A stretch of DNA of 64,000 nt. Origin: Eledone cirrhosa. Lineage: Eukaryota. The DNA lies in NCBI GenBank assembly GCA_964016885.1, contig OZ024761.1:1550001-1614000 (forward strand), written 5' to 3'. Both the position numbers and the translations under genes were made by a program. The notes under the pieces are model-generated. The model ran no database searches and was not told the DNA's origin. It worked only from the letters and a program-made list of their open reading frames with translations. Below, one piece after another: positions 1 through 12,639 of this stretch; within the stretch, counting starts at the first letter, position 1; each line of letters begins with the position of its first letter.

Positions 1-21
1 GAAAGGAAAAATAAAATAAAA

Positions 22-390
22 ACACACATGCAAACACACACACACACAATTATATACATACACACACATATATATATATATATACATATACATACACACA
101 TACATATACACATATATATGTGTATATATATACATACACATACATACACACATAAATATCAACATATCTATACATACACATACATATATACAACCACACA
201 CATATATATATACACACATATATATATGCACACACATACACATACATAGCTATACACACATACATATACATACATACACACAATCATACGTACATACATA
301 CATACACATACATACACACACATATACATGCATACATATGCATACACAAAATTAGAAAAATATACACACACCTCTACATATTCACACACG
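22..390. repeat. (CA)/(TA)/(CATA) microsatellite
   Basis: Directly visible. Confidence 0.95.
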
Positions 391-409
391 CAAATAAATA
401 TAAGAAAAA

Positions 410-1957
410 ATATAAAAGATACAAAAGTTGGCCTTGCAAGTAAAAAAAATCTTAAGAAAAATAATCCTCCAAATTAGAACTAAGACTGACCTATCACAGT
501 GGCTAAATACATCCTCTGTTATTTCTTGGTTTAATAATATTCAAGGGAAAAATAAGTGTAGATTTACCCAATTTGATATTGTTGATTTTTACCCCTCTAT
601 TACTGTTTCCTTATTAACTAATGCCTTAGAGTTTGCAAGACCTTTCATTAATATTTCTAAATTAGAAGAAGACATTATCTTTCATGCTAGAAAAACTTTA
701 CTCTTTACTAATGAAAATATTTGGGTTAAAAAGTCAAACCCTGAAAACTCTTTTGATGTTGCAATGGGTTCATATGACAGTGCGGATGTGTGTGACTTAG
801 TAGGATTATTCCTTCTCCACACCCTCAAAGAGAAATTTCCTTCCCATAATATCGGTTTATACCGTGATGACGGATTGGCAGTTTCTCATACCACCAACGG
901 CCATAACCTTGATAAATTCCGTAAAGATTTAATCAATACTTTTGCTAATCTTAACCTTAAAATCACTATAGATACGAACCTTATCAATGCTAACTTTCTT
1001 GATATTAATCTTGATCTACTTACCGCCTCTTTTAAACCTTATCATAAACCTAATGAAAATCTTAGGTATAAATAGTCTTGCCATCCCCCTATAGTTTTTA
1101 ATAATCTTATTCCCAACATTAGCCGTAGGATTTCTACCTTATCTTCGTCTATAGAGATTTTTTAATAAAGCTGCCCCTTATTATAATAAAGCTTTTAAGA
1201 ACAGCGGTTTTACAGAACAAATTTATTATTTACCTACAACCCTCCCCTCCCTAAAACTATCCACAATAACAGGAAAAGGAAAATGATTTGGTTTACACCC
1301 CCCTTCTCTCTAACTGTCAAAACTAATGTAGGAAGGAAATTCCTTGAACTCTTAGATAAACATTTTCCTCCTAATCATAGATATTATAAGATATTTAATA
1401 GGAATGGAGTTAAGATCAGTTACTCTTGTTGCCCATCTATGAAGTCCAAGATCACTAATTCAAATCATACGAGAACAAATCCAGGATGCAGTTGCAGGAA
1501 GCCGGATGAATGCCCATTGCAGGGCAAATGTAACACCAAATCTGTTGTTTATGAGGCTAAAATAACACCTTTCATCAACAACCAGCCAGCCAGGAGTGAG
1601 CGATATGTCGGCATGACCCAGGACAGGTTTAAAACCAGGTTTTACTCACATGTCGCTTCTTTTAAGCACTCCGATAAACGAACTACAACGGCCCTCGCAA
1701 GTAAGGTGTGGGAATTCAAGGATAAAAACATCCCGTACTCTATCGATTGGTCTATTTTAGACCATTCGAGGGAGTATCAAAGGGGCACAAAGAATTGTTC
1801 TTTGTGTACCACAGAAAAATATAGGATTTTGCTAAACTTGAAAGCCACTTCTGCTTGCCTGAACTCAAAGACCGAGATCTTCAGATGTTGTCCTCATCTG
1901 AAATCACATCTGATCTGTAACTGGATTGACATTCCTATGATAACTCAACCGCCTTGA
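410..1957 (+). mobile_element. Penelope-like element, 5'-truncated and disrupted (RT + GIY-YIG)
   Basis: QFDIVDFYPSI, AMGS and LYRDDGL RT motifs; VVYEA...YVGMT...FKTRFYSH GIY-YIG with Cys linker; break at 1075-1283. Confidence 0.93.
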
Positions 1958-2188
1958 ACTCCTTTCCTGCTCTTTACTTCTACTACGGTTTTTTTACCTG
2001 CTGAATCCACGTTCTGTACTCTTGTATTCTCTTTCTCCCTTATCTCCCCTTATATTTAAACCTTTTCCTATGTCATTTTTCCCCCCTCCCTTTCCGCCCT
2101 ATTTTTTTGCCTTACCCTTCACATACCAACAAATTTTTTATTTTTAGATATTAATTTTTATATAATGGTTTTGTGTGTTTTTATATAA

Positions 2189-2365
2189 TTGTTTCTACTT
2201 TAGGCACAAGGCCAGCAATCACCAGTTCATTACTGGTACTTTATTTTATCGACCCCGTAAGGATGAAAGGCAAAGTCAACCTCGGCGGGATTTGAACTCA
2301 GATCGTAAAGAGACGTAACTATGCTGGAAAGCATGGCGTCCGACCCTCTACCGATACTGCCAATC
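2189..2365 (-). mobile_element. tRNA-derived SINE, family A
   Basis: B-box GAGTTCAAATCCC, core GCCTTTCATCCTTACGGGGTCGATAAAATAAAGTACCAG, (ATT)n-like tail; many copies in the window. Confidence 0.85.
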
Positions 2366-2414
2366 CAAGCCTCAGAAAAGGTTTGAGCTCTGCCGTAGGG
2401 GCAGGCTTCTTCCT

Positions 2415-2415
2415 A

Positions 2416-2461
<46 letters not shown>

Positions 2462-2827
2462 TTTGTATGTGTGTTTGTATTTCTGTGGTTGGGTTTTTTT
2501 TTTTGTGTGTGTGTGTGTATGTATATATTTATATGTGTGTGTGTGTGTCTGTGTGTGTGTGTGTGTAAGTATATATGTATAAGGGTGTATGTATGTGCAT
2601 CATTATATATAGTGATTTGATGATTATTTTCATTGATCTTTTGCTCCATGAACTTGTTGAGTGCTCTAGGTCTGCTATGGGCATTTATACCCTTTTCTAA
2701 ATATATATATATTTTTATTTATTATTTGTCGTATTCCCAAATTTTTTTTATATATAAAATATTTATTTTATAACATTTATGTTCTTTCTCATATATATAT
2801 ATATATATATTGAGTTATATATGTATA

Positions 2828-2899
<72 letters not shown>

Positions 2900-3235
2900 T
2901 ATGCATACGTATGTGTATGTATATATGTGTGTGTAGGTATATACGTGTATGTTAGTAAGTAAGTATGTATGTGTATGTATGTGTATCTGTATATATATAT
3001 ATATATATATATAACTCTAAAATATACATATATATATATATATGTATATTTTAGAGTTAAATAAGGTTCATATGAATTATCTAAGAATGAGTTTTACACA
3101 CACACATATATATATATATATATATGTGTTTGTATTTGGTTGTGCGTGTTTGTGATATGTACGTATTTGTATGTGTATAATTGTATGGCTATGTATGTAT
3201 ATGTGTGTATATATATATATGTATGTATATATATT
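2415..3235. repeat. (TG)/(TA) microsatellite region
   Basis: Directly visible. Confidence 0.9.
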
Positions 3236-3546
3236 TCGTTTCTGAATTTGTTTAGCAAGATTCTTTATCTGAAATCGTGTGTTGAAACCGATATTGTTAT
3301 ACTTTGGGAGGGTCATGTTGCCAATAAGAAACACACGCACCAGTTGCTTTCACTTCAATTTATTATATATTTATATATTTATAAATTTATAAATCTACAA
3401 ACTTATAAATTTCTGGTTGGTTGGTTGGTTCCACAACCAGATAGTTGTTTATATATATAGTCATAGTCCTTTCGTCACACACTCTGTGACCCCTTCAGTG
3501 ACTGGGGATTCCTTTCTTCGTTTCTGTACCTTTTCTTTTCTTTCTT

Positions 3547-4400
3547 CTATCCTACGCCATTTTGGCGTATATGCCTCTGAAGTCCTAGTTTAGACACTAT
3601 ATTATATCCCTCTATATTAATATCCTCTAGGTTTTTCAAAGTGGTTTTCTTGTAGCTTTTATGTAGTTCATTATATATAAACTTTCTATAAGTATTATAA
3701 TCCAGGCTGTATATGTTATTAGTTTTATCTGCGTGTACAAAAATTTTATTACTACTTTTGAATTCATTAATAGAGGTGTTAAGTTTGTTTAAGAAGGTGT
3801 TGCTTCTATTATGGGGCTTATTGTATTTAATGTTCTTAACTAGTTTTACTAGGTCATTTTCAAAGGAGTTAAGTAGTGTGTTATGAGGGGGGCTTTTAAA
3901 GGTTTTAAAGCCGAAGGAGTCAAATTTGTTAGTATTATTAACATTGTTAGATCTGTTTCTATAATAATGGAATGTCCTCCATCTCACTCTATTGATAAAT
4001 GAATTTACACTGTTGATCAGCAATTTCTCATATGTATTCTTGGATGGTATTGGTATGTTTTTGGTTGACATGGGGAGTTGGTCTTTGATTAGCATATTGG
4101 TAATTTATTGTATGTCAGCTCAACAGTATGGAGCAGTTAATAGTATTAATTATACTATTTATGGTTATGCAAATACACAAACCTTTTGCAGTTATATATA
4201 TTTTTATAAACCCTAAATAGTGGTAGGCAGTAATATATTACTACCTTATTACCAGTAAGTTAAATAGCTCAATGTAAAAACATCAGATGATTTACAGAGC
4301 AGTTATATGAATTATAAGAATAAAAGAACTGTTCAAAACATTTTTATGCTTACAACTGTTTCCTCCAAACCGAGGTTTGGATTCTTCGGAGAAATTTATT
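3547..4400 (-). mobile_element. Penelope-like element 5' part (pLTR region and N-terminal ORF)
   Basis: STKNIPIPSK...FINRVRWR...FGFKT...FENDL...ADKTNNIY, homologous to the N-terminus of the element at 37.1 kb. Hammerhead motif lies upstream. Confidence 0.85.
4346..4394 (-). ncRNA. Minimal hammerhead-like motif (U4C core variant)
   Basis: Minus strand reads CCGAAGA-AUCCAAACCUCGGUUUGGAG-GAAA-CAGUUG-UA-AGCAU. Stem I is weak in this copy. Confidence 0.55.
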
Positions 4401-4915
4401 ATTATATATATATATATATATTTATTATATATATATAATTATTATATATATATATTTATATATATAGCTATGTATATGTTTCTATGCATATATGAATATA
4501 TATACTTAAAATAAAAATGTTGATTAATAGGGTGGTTGTGTATACAACATACCAATTCGTGAATAACGATGCAATTAGTTATAAGCACTCAACGTTATGT
4601 GTTTTCTTCCAAATATAATTTGTTAGTCTGTGATGGAGTATATGTACTAAACGGATAACTGCAAAGATCAGTTGTAGATGTTCAAAATTCCTTTATTATA
4701 CATGATACATATTCCTGTGGTACTCATGGCTATGTGATGTTTCAATCCAATAGAATGCAAGCTAAAATACAAATGAATGGACCAATATGGTGCTTACACA
4801 ACAGAGCCCCGTTTACATCTCAGTGGTGTAAATACCATATTGGTCTGTTCCCTTGTCTTTTAGCTGGCATTCCATTGTCAATATAACCTTATTGCATAAA
4901 ATATTATCTGATCGT

Positions 4916-5205
4916 GGAGGCGTATGGCCTATTGGTAAGGGCGTTGGACTTACGATCATAACATTGTGGGTTCGATTCTTGGGCTGAGTTGCGTGCTGTG
5001 CTCTTGAGCAAAACACTTCATTTCACTTTGCTACAGTATACTCAGCTGAAATTGAACACCAGCAATATCTGGGGGTTTAACCCTGCGATGGCCTGGCGTC
5101 CTGTCCAGGGGGAAGTCTTGTACTCTCAGTCACTTCACACCAGGAAATTGGGATAAACACCAGCCTAACAAGCCTCCTGGCTTGAGACAGACTTTAGACT
5201 TTTAG
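4916..5205 (+). mobile_element. tRNA-derived SINE, family B (CORE-like)
   Basis: A-box TGGCCTATTGG, B-box GGTTCGATTC, CTTGAGCAAAACACTT core, short repeated tail. Related copy at 24855-25140. Confidence 0.75.
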
Positions 5206-5209
5206 ACTG

Positions 5210-5398
5210 ATGGATTGGCAGTGTTGGTAGAGGGTCGAACGCCATGCTTTGGTGCATAGAGTTACGGCCCTTTCCATTCTGAGTTCAAATCCCACCGAGG
5301 TTATCTTTGCCTTTCATCCTTACAGGGTCGATAAAATAAAGTACCAGTAATGCACTGGGTAATTGCTAGCCTTGTGCCAAAATTAGAAACAATTATTG
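5210..5398 (+). mobile_element. SINE family A
   Basis: Same B-box, core and tail as 2189-2365. Confidence 0.85.
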
Positions 5399-5559
5399 GT
5401 TGTGTGAATGAAGCATCATGTAGCCATGATTGCCATTGAAATATGTATCACAGCTTTATGAATATAGGAATTTTGAATATCTTCATATGACCTTCGCAAT
5501 TATCCTTGTTGTATGTATGTGTGTGTATGGGTGTATGTATGAATGTGTGTGTGAGTAAT

Positions 5560-6407
5560 TTAGTCTCTACTCCCCAAACGGATACTGCTGTGTTTGGGGT
5601 GTTTTATCTTCTTACAAATTTTAAAAATTTTGCTTAGTTGTCGGTCATATGGAGCAAGAGATCTCATCCACTCAGGCAAGAATTTCCAGTCTCGGATCTT
5701 TTCTGGAAGTTTTTCAGGACACTTTGCTTGCATGACTTTCATAATTACCACAACAATGATTAGAAGCACAACTGGAACAAACACCACAACCAGTGCAATC
5801 CAGGAAGCAACAGAAAGGCCAAGAATTATGGCGGGAAACAAGAAAAACATAAAGATGAGGTAAATTATCGCGAACCATCTGTATTTTGCTGTTGTGTTGC
5901 CGAGAAATTTGGCCATGCCAATTGGGAAGCGCATGAATGGAATTGGGTAGAAGAGAAGAATTCCGCTTAGATTGAAAAATAAATGACAAATGGCAACTTG
6001 AAGAGATTCCTTAAGATGTTTCTCCTGTGCTATGGCTGCTAACAACCCAGTTGTTGTGGTGCCTATATTGGAACCCAAAGTCAGTGGATACATACGGTCA
6101 AGGGAGATAACTCCTAGACCAACCAAAGGTGTTATGGAAGAAGTAAATATTGAGCTACTCTGCACCAACATAGTTAAACCAGCACCAATTAAAATGGTGA
6201 AATAACCAGTGAAGTAGGAACATTTGCCTGGGAAATCTTTGTTTACGACCTTGCGAATAACCTTGGCAATACTTCCTCTCAGTAAAGAATGGAGAAGTTT
6301 TACGATCAACGTAAGACAAGTACATAGGATGAACAATGCTATAAACAGTAGCAGCAGGCCCATAGCCCAATCTTTCCAGGAACTTAGGTACTCAAATAAA
6401 TAGCCAC
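5560..6407 (-). CDS. SLC34A: SLC34/NaPi-II Na+/phosphate cotransporter, last coding exon
   Basis: Acceptor ttttctcctgtag|GT GGC TAT (phase 1). Reads GYLFEYLSSWKDWAMGLLLL...LVQSSSIFTSSITPLVGLG...YPLTLGSNIGTTTTG...RLGSRD*. Contains the second QSSS repeat of SLC34. Confidence 0.96.
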
Positions 6408-6589
6408 CTACAGGAGAAAAACAAGAAACAAAGAAAATATATGTATTTTATTTTAATGAAAGAATATCATAAAATACATTCAAGTTAAACAGTAACAGAA
6501 TAAAACAACAACACCAATATACATAACAACAACATAGACAACAGCAACAACAACATAAACAGCACCAATAACAACAACAATCAATCAAT

Positions 6590-8236
6590 CAATCACACTA
6601 TCACTCACCCACTCAATCAATCACTCACTAAATCAATGACTCATTCAATCACTCAATCATTCATCAATTAATCAATCAATCACTTAAGCAATCACTCACT
6701 CACTCAAGTAATCACTCAATCACCACTCAATAACTCACCCACTCAGTCTGTCATTCAATCAACACTCAATAACTCACCCACTCAGTCTGTCACTCAATCA
6801 ACACTCAATAACTCACCCACTCAGTATGTCACTCAATAACTCACCCACCCAGTCTGTCACTCAATCACTCACCCACACAGTCTCTCACTCAACACTTATT
6901 AACTCACCCACTGTCTGTCACTCAATAACTCACCCACTCAGTCTGTCACTCAATCAACACTCAATAACTCACCCACTCAGTATGTCACTCAATAACTCAC
7001 CCACCCAGTCTGTCACTCAATCACTCACCCACACAGTCTCTCACTCAACATTTATTAACTCACCCACTGTCTGTCACTCAATAACTCACCCACTCAGTCT
7101 GTCACTCAATCAACACTCAATAACTCACCCACTCAGTCTGTCACTCAATCAACACTCAATAACTCCCCCACTCAGACTGTCACTCAATAACTCACCCACC
7201 CAGTCTGTCACTCAATAACTCACCCACCCAGTCTGTCACTCAATAACTCACCCACTCAGTCTCTCACTCAATCAACACTTATTAACTCACCCACTGTCTG
7301 TCACTCAATAACTCACCCACTCAGTCTGTCACTCAATCAACACTCAATAACTCACCCACTCAGTATGTCACTCAATAACTCACCCACTCAGTCTGTCACT
7401 CAATCAACACTCAATAACTCACCCACTCAGTCTGTCACTCAATCAACACTCAATAACTCACCCACTCAGTATGTCACTCAATAACTCACCCACCCAGTCT
7501 GTCACTCAATCACTCACCCACACAGTCTCTCACTCAACACTTATTAACTCACCCACTGTCTGTCACTCAATAACTCACCCACTCAGTCTGTCACTCAATC
7601 GACACTCGATAACTCACCCACTCAGTCTGTCACTCAATAACTCCCCCACTCAGACTGTCACTCAATAACTCACCCACCCAGTCTGTCACTCAATAACTCA
7701 CCCACCCAGTCTGTCACTCAATCACTCATCCACTCAGTCTGTCACTCAATCAACACTCAATCACTCACCCACTCAGACTGTCACTCAATAACTCACCCAC
7801 CCAGTCTGTCACTCAATTACTCACCCACCCAGTCTGTCACTCAATCACTCATCCACTCAGTCTGTCACTCAATCAACACTCAATAACTCCCCCACTCAGA
7901 CTGTCACTCAATAACTCACCCACCCAGTCTGTCACTCAATCACTCACCCACCCAGTCTGTCACTCAATAACTCACCCACCCAGTCTGTCACTCAATCACT
8001 CATCCACTCAGTCTGTCACTCAATCAACACTCAATCACTCACCCACTCAGACTGTCACTCAATAACTCACCCACCCAGTCTGTCACTCAATCACTCACCC
8101 ACCCAGTCTGTCACTCAATAACTCACCCACCCAGTCTGTCACTCAATCACTCATCCACTCAGTCTGTCACTCAATCAACACTCAAACACTCACCCACTCA
8201 AGCAATCACTCTGTCTGTCACTCAATAGATCAATCA
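6590..8236. repeat. Minisatellite, ~28/40-bp units (tcactcaataactcacccactcagtctg)
   Basis: Directly visible tandem array filling most of the last intron. Confidence 0.95.
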
Positions 8237-8242
8237 ACTTAC

Positions 8243-8345
8243 ATGTCTTGACATTTCCCATGGAATCCTTGCAGATCTTCAGCATGCTGATCTCTGTGTC
8301 ATTCTCTCCACGAAGAGCTTCACTGGTTATAGCTTTTTTGTTCAG
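8243..8345 (-). CDS. SLC34A: SLC34 exon (extracellular loop), LNKKAITSEALRGENDTEISMLKICKDSMGNVKT
   Basis: ttgttgtag|CTG...ACA T|gtaagt, 103 nt, phase 0 to 1. T+GT gives Cys and joins the last exon in frame. Confidence 0.9.
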
Positions 8346-8359
8346 CTACAACAACAATA

Positions 8360-9330
8360 ATAATAATGATTTCTAGTATAGGCCCAAGGCCAGTAATTCG
8401 AAGGGGAGGGGAAAAGTAGATCATATTGACACCCCCAGTGCATTACTGGTACTTTATTTTATCGACCCCGTAAGGACGAAGGGCAAAGTTAACCTTGGCA
8501 GGATGTGAACTCAGATCGTAAAGGTCATAACGCTATGCTGCAAAGCATGGCGTCCGACCTCCACCTATACTGCCTCTCCACCGCCCTAACAAACAGTGGT
8601 TTCTTATATAGGCACTAGGCCAGTAATTTGGGGGGAGGAGGAAGTCGATTAAATCGACCCCAGTGCGTGACTGGTACTTTATTTTATCGATCCCGTAAGG
8701 ATGAAAGGCAAAGTTAACCTTGGCGGGATTTGAACTCAGATCATAAAGGGCCGTAACTCTATGCTGCAAAGCATGGCGTCCGACTCTCTATCTATACTGC
8801 TACTCCATCACCCTAACAAACAACAAAAATAATAATAATTGTTTCTACTTTTGGCACAAGGACAGTAATTATCCCAGTGCATTACTGGTACTTTATTTTA
8901 TCAACCCCGTAAGGATGAAAAGCAAAGTTAACCTCGGCAGGATTTGAACTCAGATCATAAAGAGATGTAACTCTATGCTTCAAAGCATGGCGCCCGACCC
9001 TAATAATAATTGTTTCTACTTTAGACACAAGGCCAGTAATTCGAAGGGCAGGAGAAAGTAAATTATATTGACCCCAGTACATTACTGCTACTTTATTTTC
9101 TCGACCTCTGTAAGGATGAAAGGCAAAGCTAACCTCGGCGGGATTTGAACTCAGACAGTAAAGTAATAATAATAATAATGATTTCTACTATAGGCACAAG
9201 GCCAGCAATTTCAGGGGAAGGGAAAGTCAATTAAATCAACCTCAGTACATTACTGGTTCTTTGTTTTATCGACCGGCATAAGGACGAAAGGCAAAGCTAA
9301 CCTCGGTGGGATTTTGAACTCAGAACGTAA
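8360..9330 (-). mobile_element. Cluster of about 5 head-to-tail SINE family A copies
   Basis: Repeated tactggtactttattttatcgaccccgtaaggatgaaaggc blocks separated by (aat)n. Confidence 0.9.
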
Positions 9331-9953
9331 AGTTCAAAATCATCACACTGTCCTTCTTCATTGTGTGACAGATGGATGGAAGTAGTTCAAATTTATATAT
9401 AGACTAGCAGAAAAGTGTATATTGATATTATAAGCAAATATATATGTATATAGATATGATACATCAAATGAAATCGTAATTGACAATATACACAGAAATT
9501 GAACGAAGACTGCGTTACACTGTCTTATGTAATCAGTAACGTAATCCATGATACATTAAAAAATACTATATTATATATAAACTGCATTAGGAGAAAATTA
9601 GTGACGGAAATATATGAATTTTATATAAGTGATCGCTAACCAGAAGTGTTGACATTTGAAAATCTTAAAGAAGTGAATCTTAATATGAGCAATAAAATTA
9701 TTTATATTTAATCAAGAGTTACGAAATTTAGTAGATAAATTATGTAATATTCATTCATTATTTATTCAAAGTAATCCAACTTATTTTACAAACGGGATAA
9801 AAAAAAATATATTCTAGACGCAGTCCTGCACTCCTTACTTTATTATAGTTATGATTACTTTACACACAGGCACAAACACAGATATACACACACACATGTC
9901 AGCATGTTGAAACAATATTCTAGTACAGATAAAAAGCAAAGTGAATAATTGAC

Positions 9954-10072
9954 CTGAATAATGAGTTTAGTAAAGGGTTTGGTAATTTTCTTCAGCAGTT
10001 CAGGATTGGTGTCGTTCTTTGATGTCAGTTCTAGATTCTTTGTCATTGCCGTTGACAAATGGTAAAGGTATC
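9954..10072 (-). CDS. SLC34A: SLC34 exon, YLYHLSTAMTKNLELTSKNDTNPELLKKITKPFTKLIIQ
   Basis: cttttcatcaag|GA...CAG|gtcaat, 119 nt. ITKPFTKLIIQ resembles the conserved NaPi-II IT.PFTKLIIQ segment. Confidence 0.93.
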
Positions 10073-10129
10073 CTTGATGAAAAGAAGGAAACTTTAGATG
10101 GTTGTGTAAGAAAGCAGTTCAATCTGCAA

Positions 10130-10605
10130 CATTCTATTGACTGAAACCAGTAAAAGAGTGTGGTGCCTCAGCATGACCACAGTCTAATGACTGAAACCAG
10201 CAAAATAATGTGAAGTCACTGTCTTATGTGGTGCCCCAGCATGGCCACAGTCTAATGACTGAAACCAGTAAAAGAATGTGGTGCCCCAGAATGGCCACAG
10301 CCTAATGAATGAAACCAGTAAAAGAATGTGATACCACTGTCTTATGTAGTGCTCCAGAATGGCCACACTCTAAGGACTGAAACCAGTAAAAGAATGTGGT
10401 GCCTCAGAATGGCCACAGTCTAATGACTGAAACCAGTAAAAGAATATGGTGCCCCAGCATGGCCACAGTCTAATGACTGAAACCAGTAAAAGAATATGGT
10501 ACCACTGTCTTAGGTAGGGCCCCAGAATGGCCACACTCTAAGGACTGAAACCAGTAAAAGAATGTGGTGCCCCAGAATGGCCACAGTCTAATGACTGAAA
10601 CCAGG
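10130..10605. repeat. Minisatellite, ~50/70-bp units (gactgaaaccagtaaaagaatgtggtgccccagaatggccacagtctaat)
   Basis: About 8 visible units filling the intron between exons at 10631 and 10072. Confidence 0.9.
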
Positions 10606-10630
10606 AATGTAAAAAACTTGTTTGACTGAC

Positions 10631-10822
10631 CTGTAATGACCTCAACTGGAAGAAAGACTATAACAGCTAACCAGTTGAACATGTCATGTATGGTAGCCCC
10701 AGCAAATGCACGACGGTAGTCATCTCTGTTTGTAATCTGACCAATTGACACAATTGTATTTGTCACTGATGTCCCAATATTGGCTCCCATAATGATGGGG
10801 ATTGCTTGATGGACTGTTAGGA
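10631..10822 (-). CDS. SLC34A: SLC34 exon, LTVHQAIPIIMGANIGTSVTNT...RRAFAGATIHDMFNWL...VEVIT
   Basis: ctctgcctcag|TC...ACA G|gtcagt, 192 nt, phase 1-1. Contains hallmark MGANIGTSVTNT and RAFAGATxHD motifs. Confidence 0.97.
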
Positions 10823-10904
10823 CTGAGGCAGAGAAAGAGAGACGGAGAGGGAGAAAGTGATAGAAAGGAAATATTAGAGAGATGGAGGGGGTTGTGTGAA
10901 TGGA

Positions 10905-12432
10905 ATAGCAACAACAGTAACATCAACAACAGTAGTAACAGTAATAACAGCAACACCATCAACAACACCACCACTACCACCAATAAGAATCACTAATACC
11001 ACCACCATCAACACAACCACTACTGCCACTAACAACACCACCACCACCACCACCAATAAGAATCACCAATACCACCACCATCAACATAACCACTACCATC
11101 ACCACCACTAACAACACCACCACCACCACCACCACCACCACCAATAAGAATCACCAATACCACCACTACCACCCACCACCACCACCACCATCAACATCAA
11201 CACAACCACTACCGCCCACCACCACCACCACCAATACCACCACTACCACCACCACCACTAACAACACCACCACCACCAATAAGAATCACCAATACCACCA
11301 CCACTACCACCACCATCACTAACAACACCACCACCACCACCAATAAGAATCACCAATACTACCACTACCACCACCACCACTAACAACACCAATACCACCA
11401 CTACCACCACCGCCACTAACAACGCCACCGCCACTAACAACGCCACCACCACCACCAATAAGAATCCCCAATACCACCACTACCACCACCACCACCACCA
11501 CCACCACCAATAAGAATCACCAATACCACCACCATCAACACTATCACTACCTCTACTACCACCACCCACAACCACCACTGCCACCACCACCATCAACACC
11601 ACCACCTAACACAACCACTAACAACACCAGCACCACCAACAACAGCAACCACCACCATTACCACCACCAACACCACCGCCCACAACCACCACTAGCACAA
11701 CCACCTACACCACCATCACTAACACCACCATCTCCCACCACCGCCACCACCACCACCACTAACACCACCACAACCAACACCACCGTCACCATCACCATTA
11801 CAACCACCTCCACCACCACCACTACCTCAACCAATACCACTACCACTACCACCAACAACAATAGACCCACCCACCACCACATCCTCCACCACCACCACCA
11901 TAACCTCCACCAGCACCACTACAACCATCACCAGCACAACCACCACCACCACAACCACCATCACCACCACAACGACCATCACCACCACCACCACAACCAC
12001 CATCACCACCACCACCACTTCCCCAACCTCCACCACCACAACCATCACCACCACCACTACCTCAACGAACACCACCACCACAACCTCCACCGCCACAACC
12101 ACCACTACCACCACAACCAACACCACTGCCACAACCAACACCACCACCACCACCACAACCTCCATCACCACCACCACCACAACCTCCACCACCACCACCA
12201 CCATCACCACAACCTCCATCACCACAACCACCATCACCATCACCACCACAACCATCACCACCACCACAACCAACACCACCACCACCACCACAACCTCCAT
12301 CACCACCACCACCACAACCTCCACCACCACCACCACCATCACCACAACCTCCATCACCACAACCACCATCACCATCACCATCACCACCATCACCATCACC
12401 ACCACCACCACCACCACCAATAACAACAACAA
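10905..12432. repeat. Degenerate (CAC/CAA)n trinucleotide tract
   Basis: Directly visible; source of spurious poly-Val and poly-Thr ORFs. Confidence 0.95.
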
Positions 12433-12463
12433 TGACTATAAGTAAATAAAACTATCAACTTAC

Positions 12464-12607
12464 GTTCCTGTCCAGTCATTGTTATTATAATTGATGTTGA
12501 GGTGGAACTGCTCTGGACAAGGACTGTGGCCAGCACACCTAACATAAGACCAGCTATCGGGTTCTCTAGGACAGCATTACCTTGGAAGATCTTACCTGCT
12601 GTACGAC
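12464..12607 (-). CDS. SLC34A: SLC34 exon, [47 protein letters not shown]
   Basis: gctcaacag|GT...GAA C|gtaagt, 144 nt. Contains the first QSSS repeat. Not in the ORF track; translated by hand. Confidence 0.96.
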
Positions 12608-12639
12608 CTGTTGAGCAATAATGAGAAGAAGGAGGATAA

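Noticed and set aside
4916-4990. tRNA gene
   Set aside because: A and B boxes are present but there is no complete cloverleaf, and the sequence continues into a SINE body.
10896-12432. Poly-Val and mucin-like poly-Thr ORFs
   Set aside because: Translation of an intronic trinucleotide tract.
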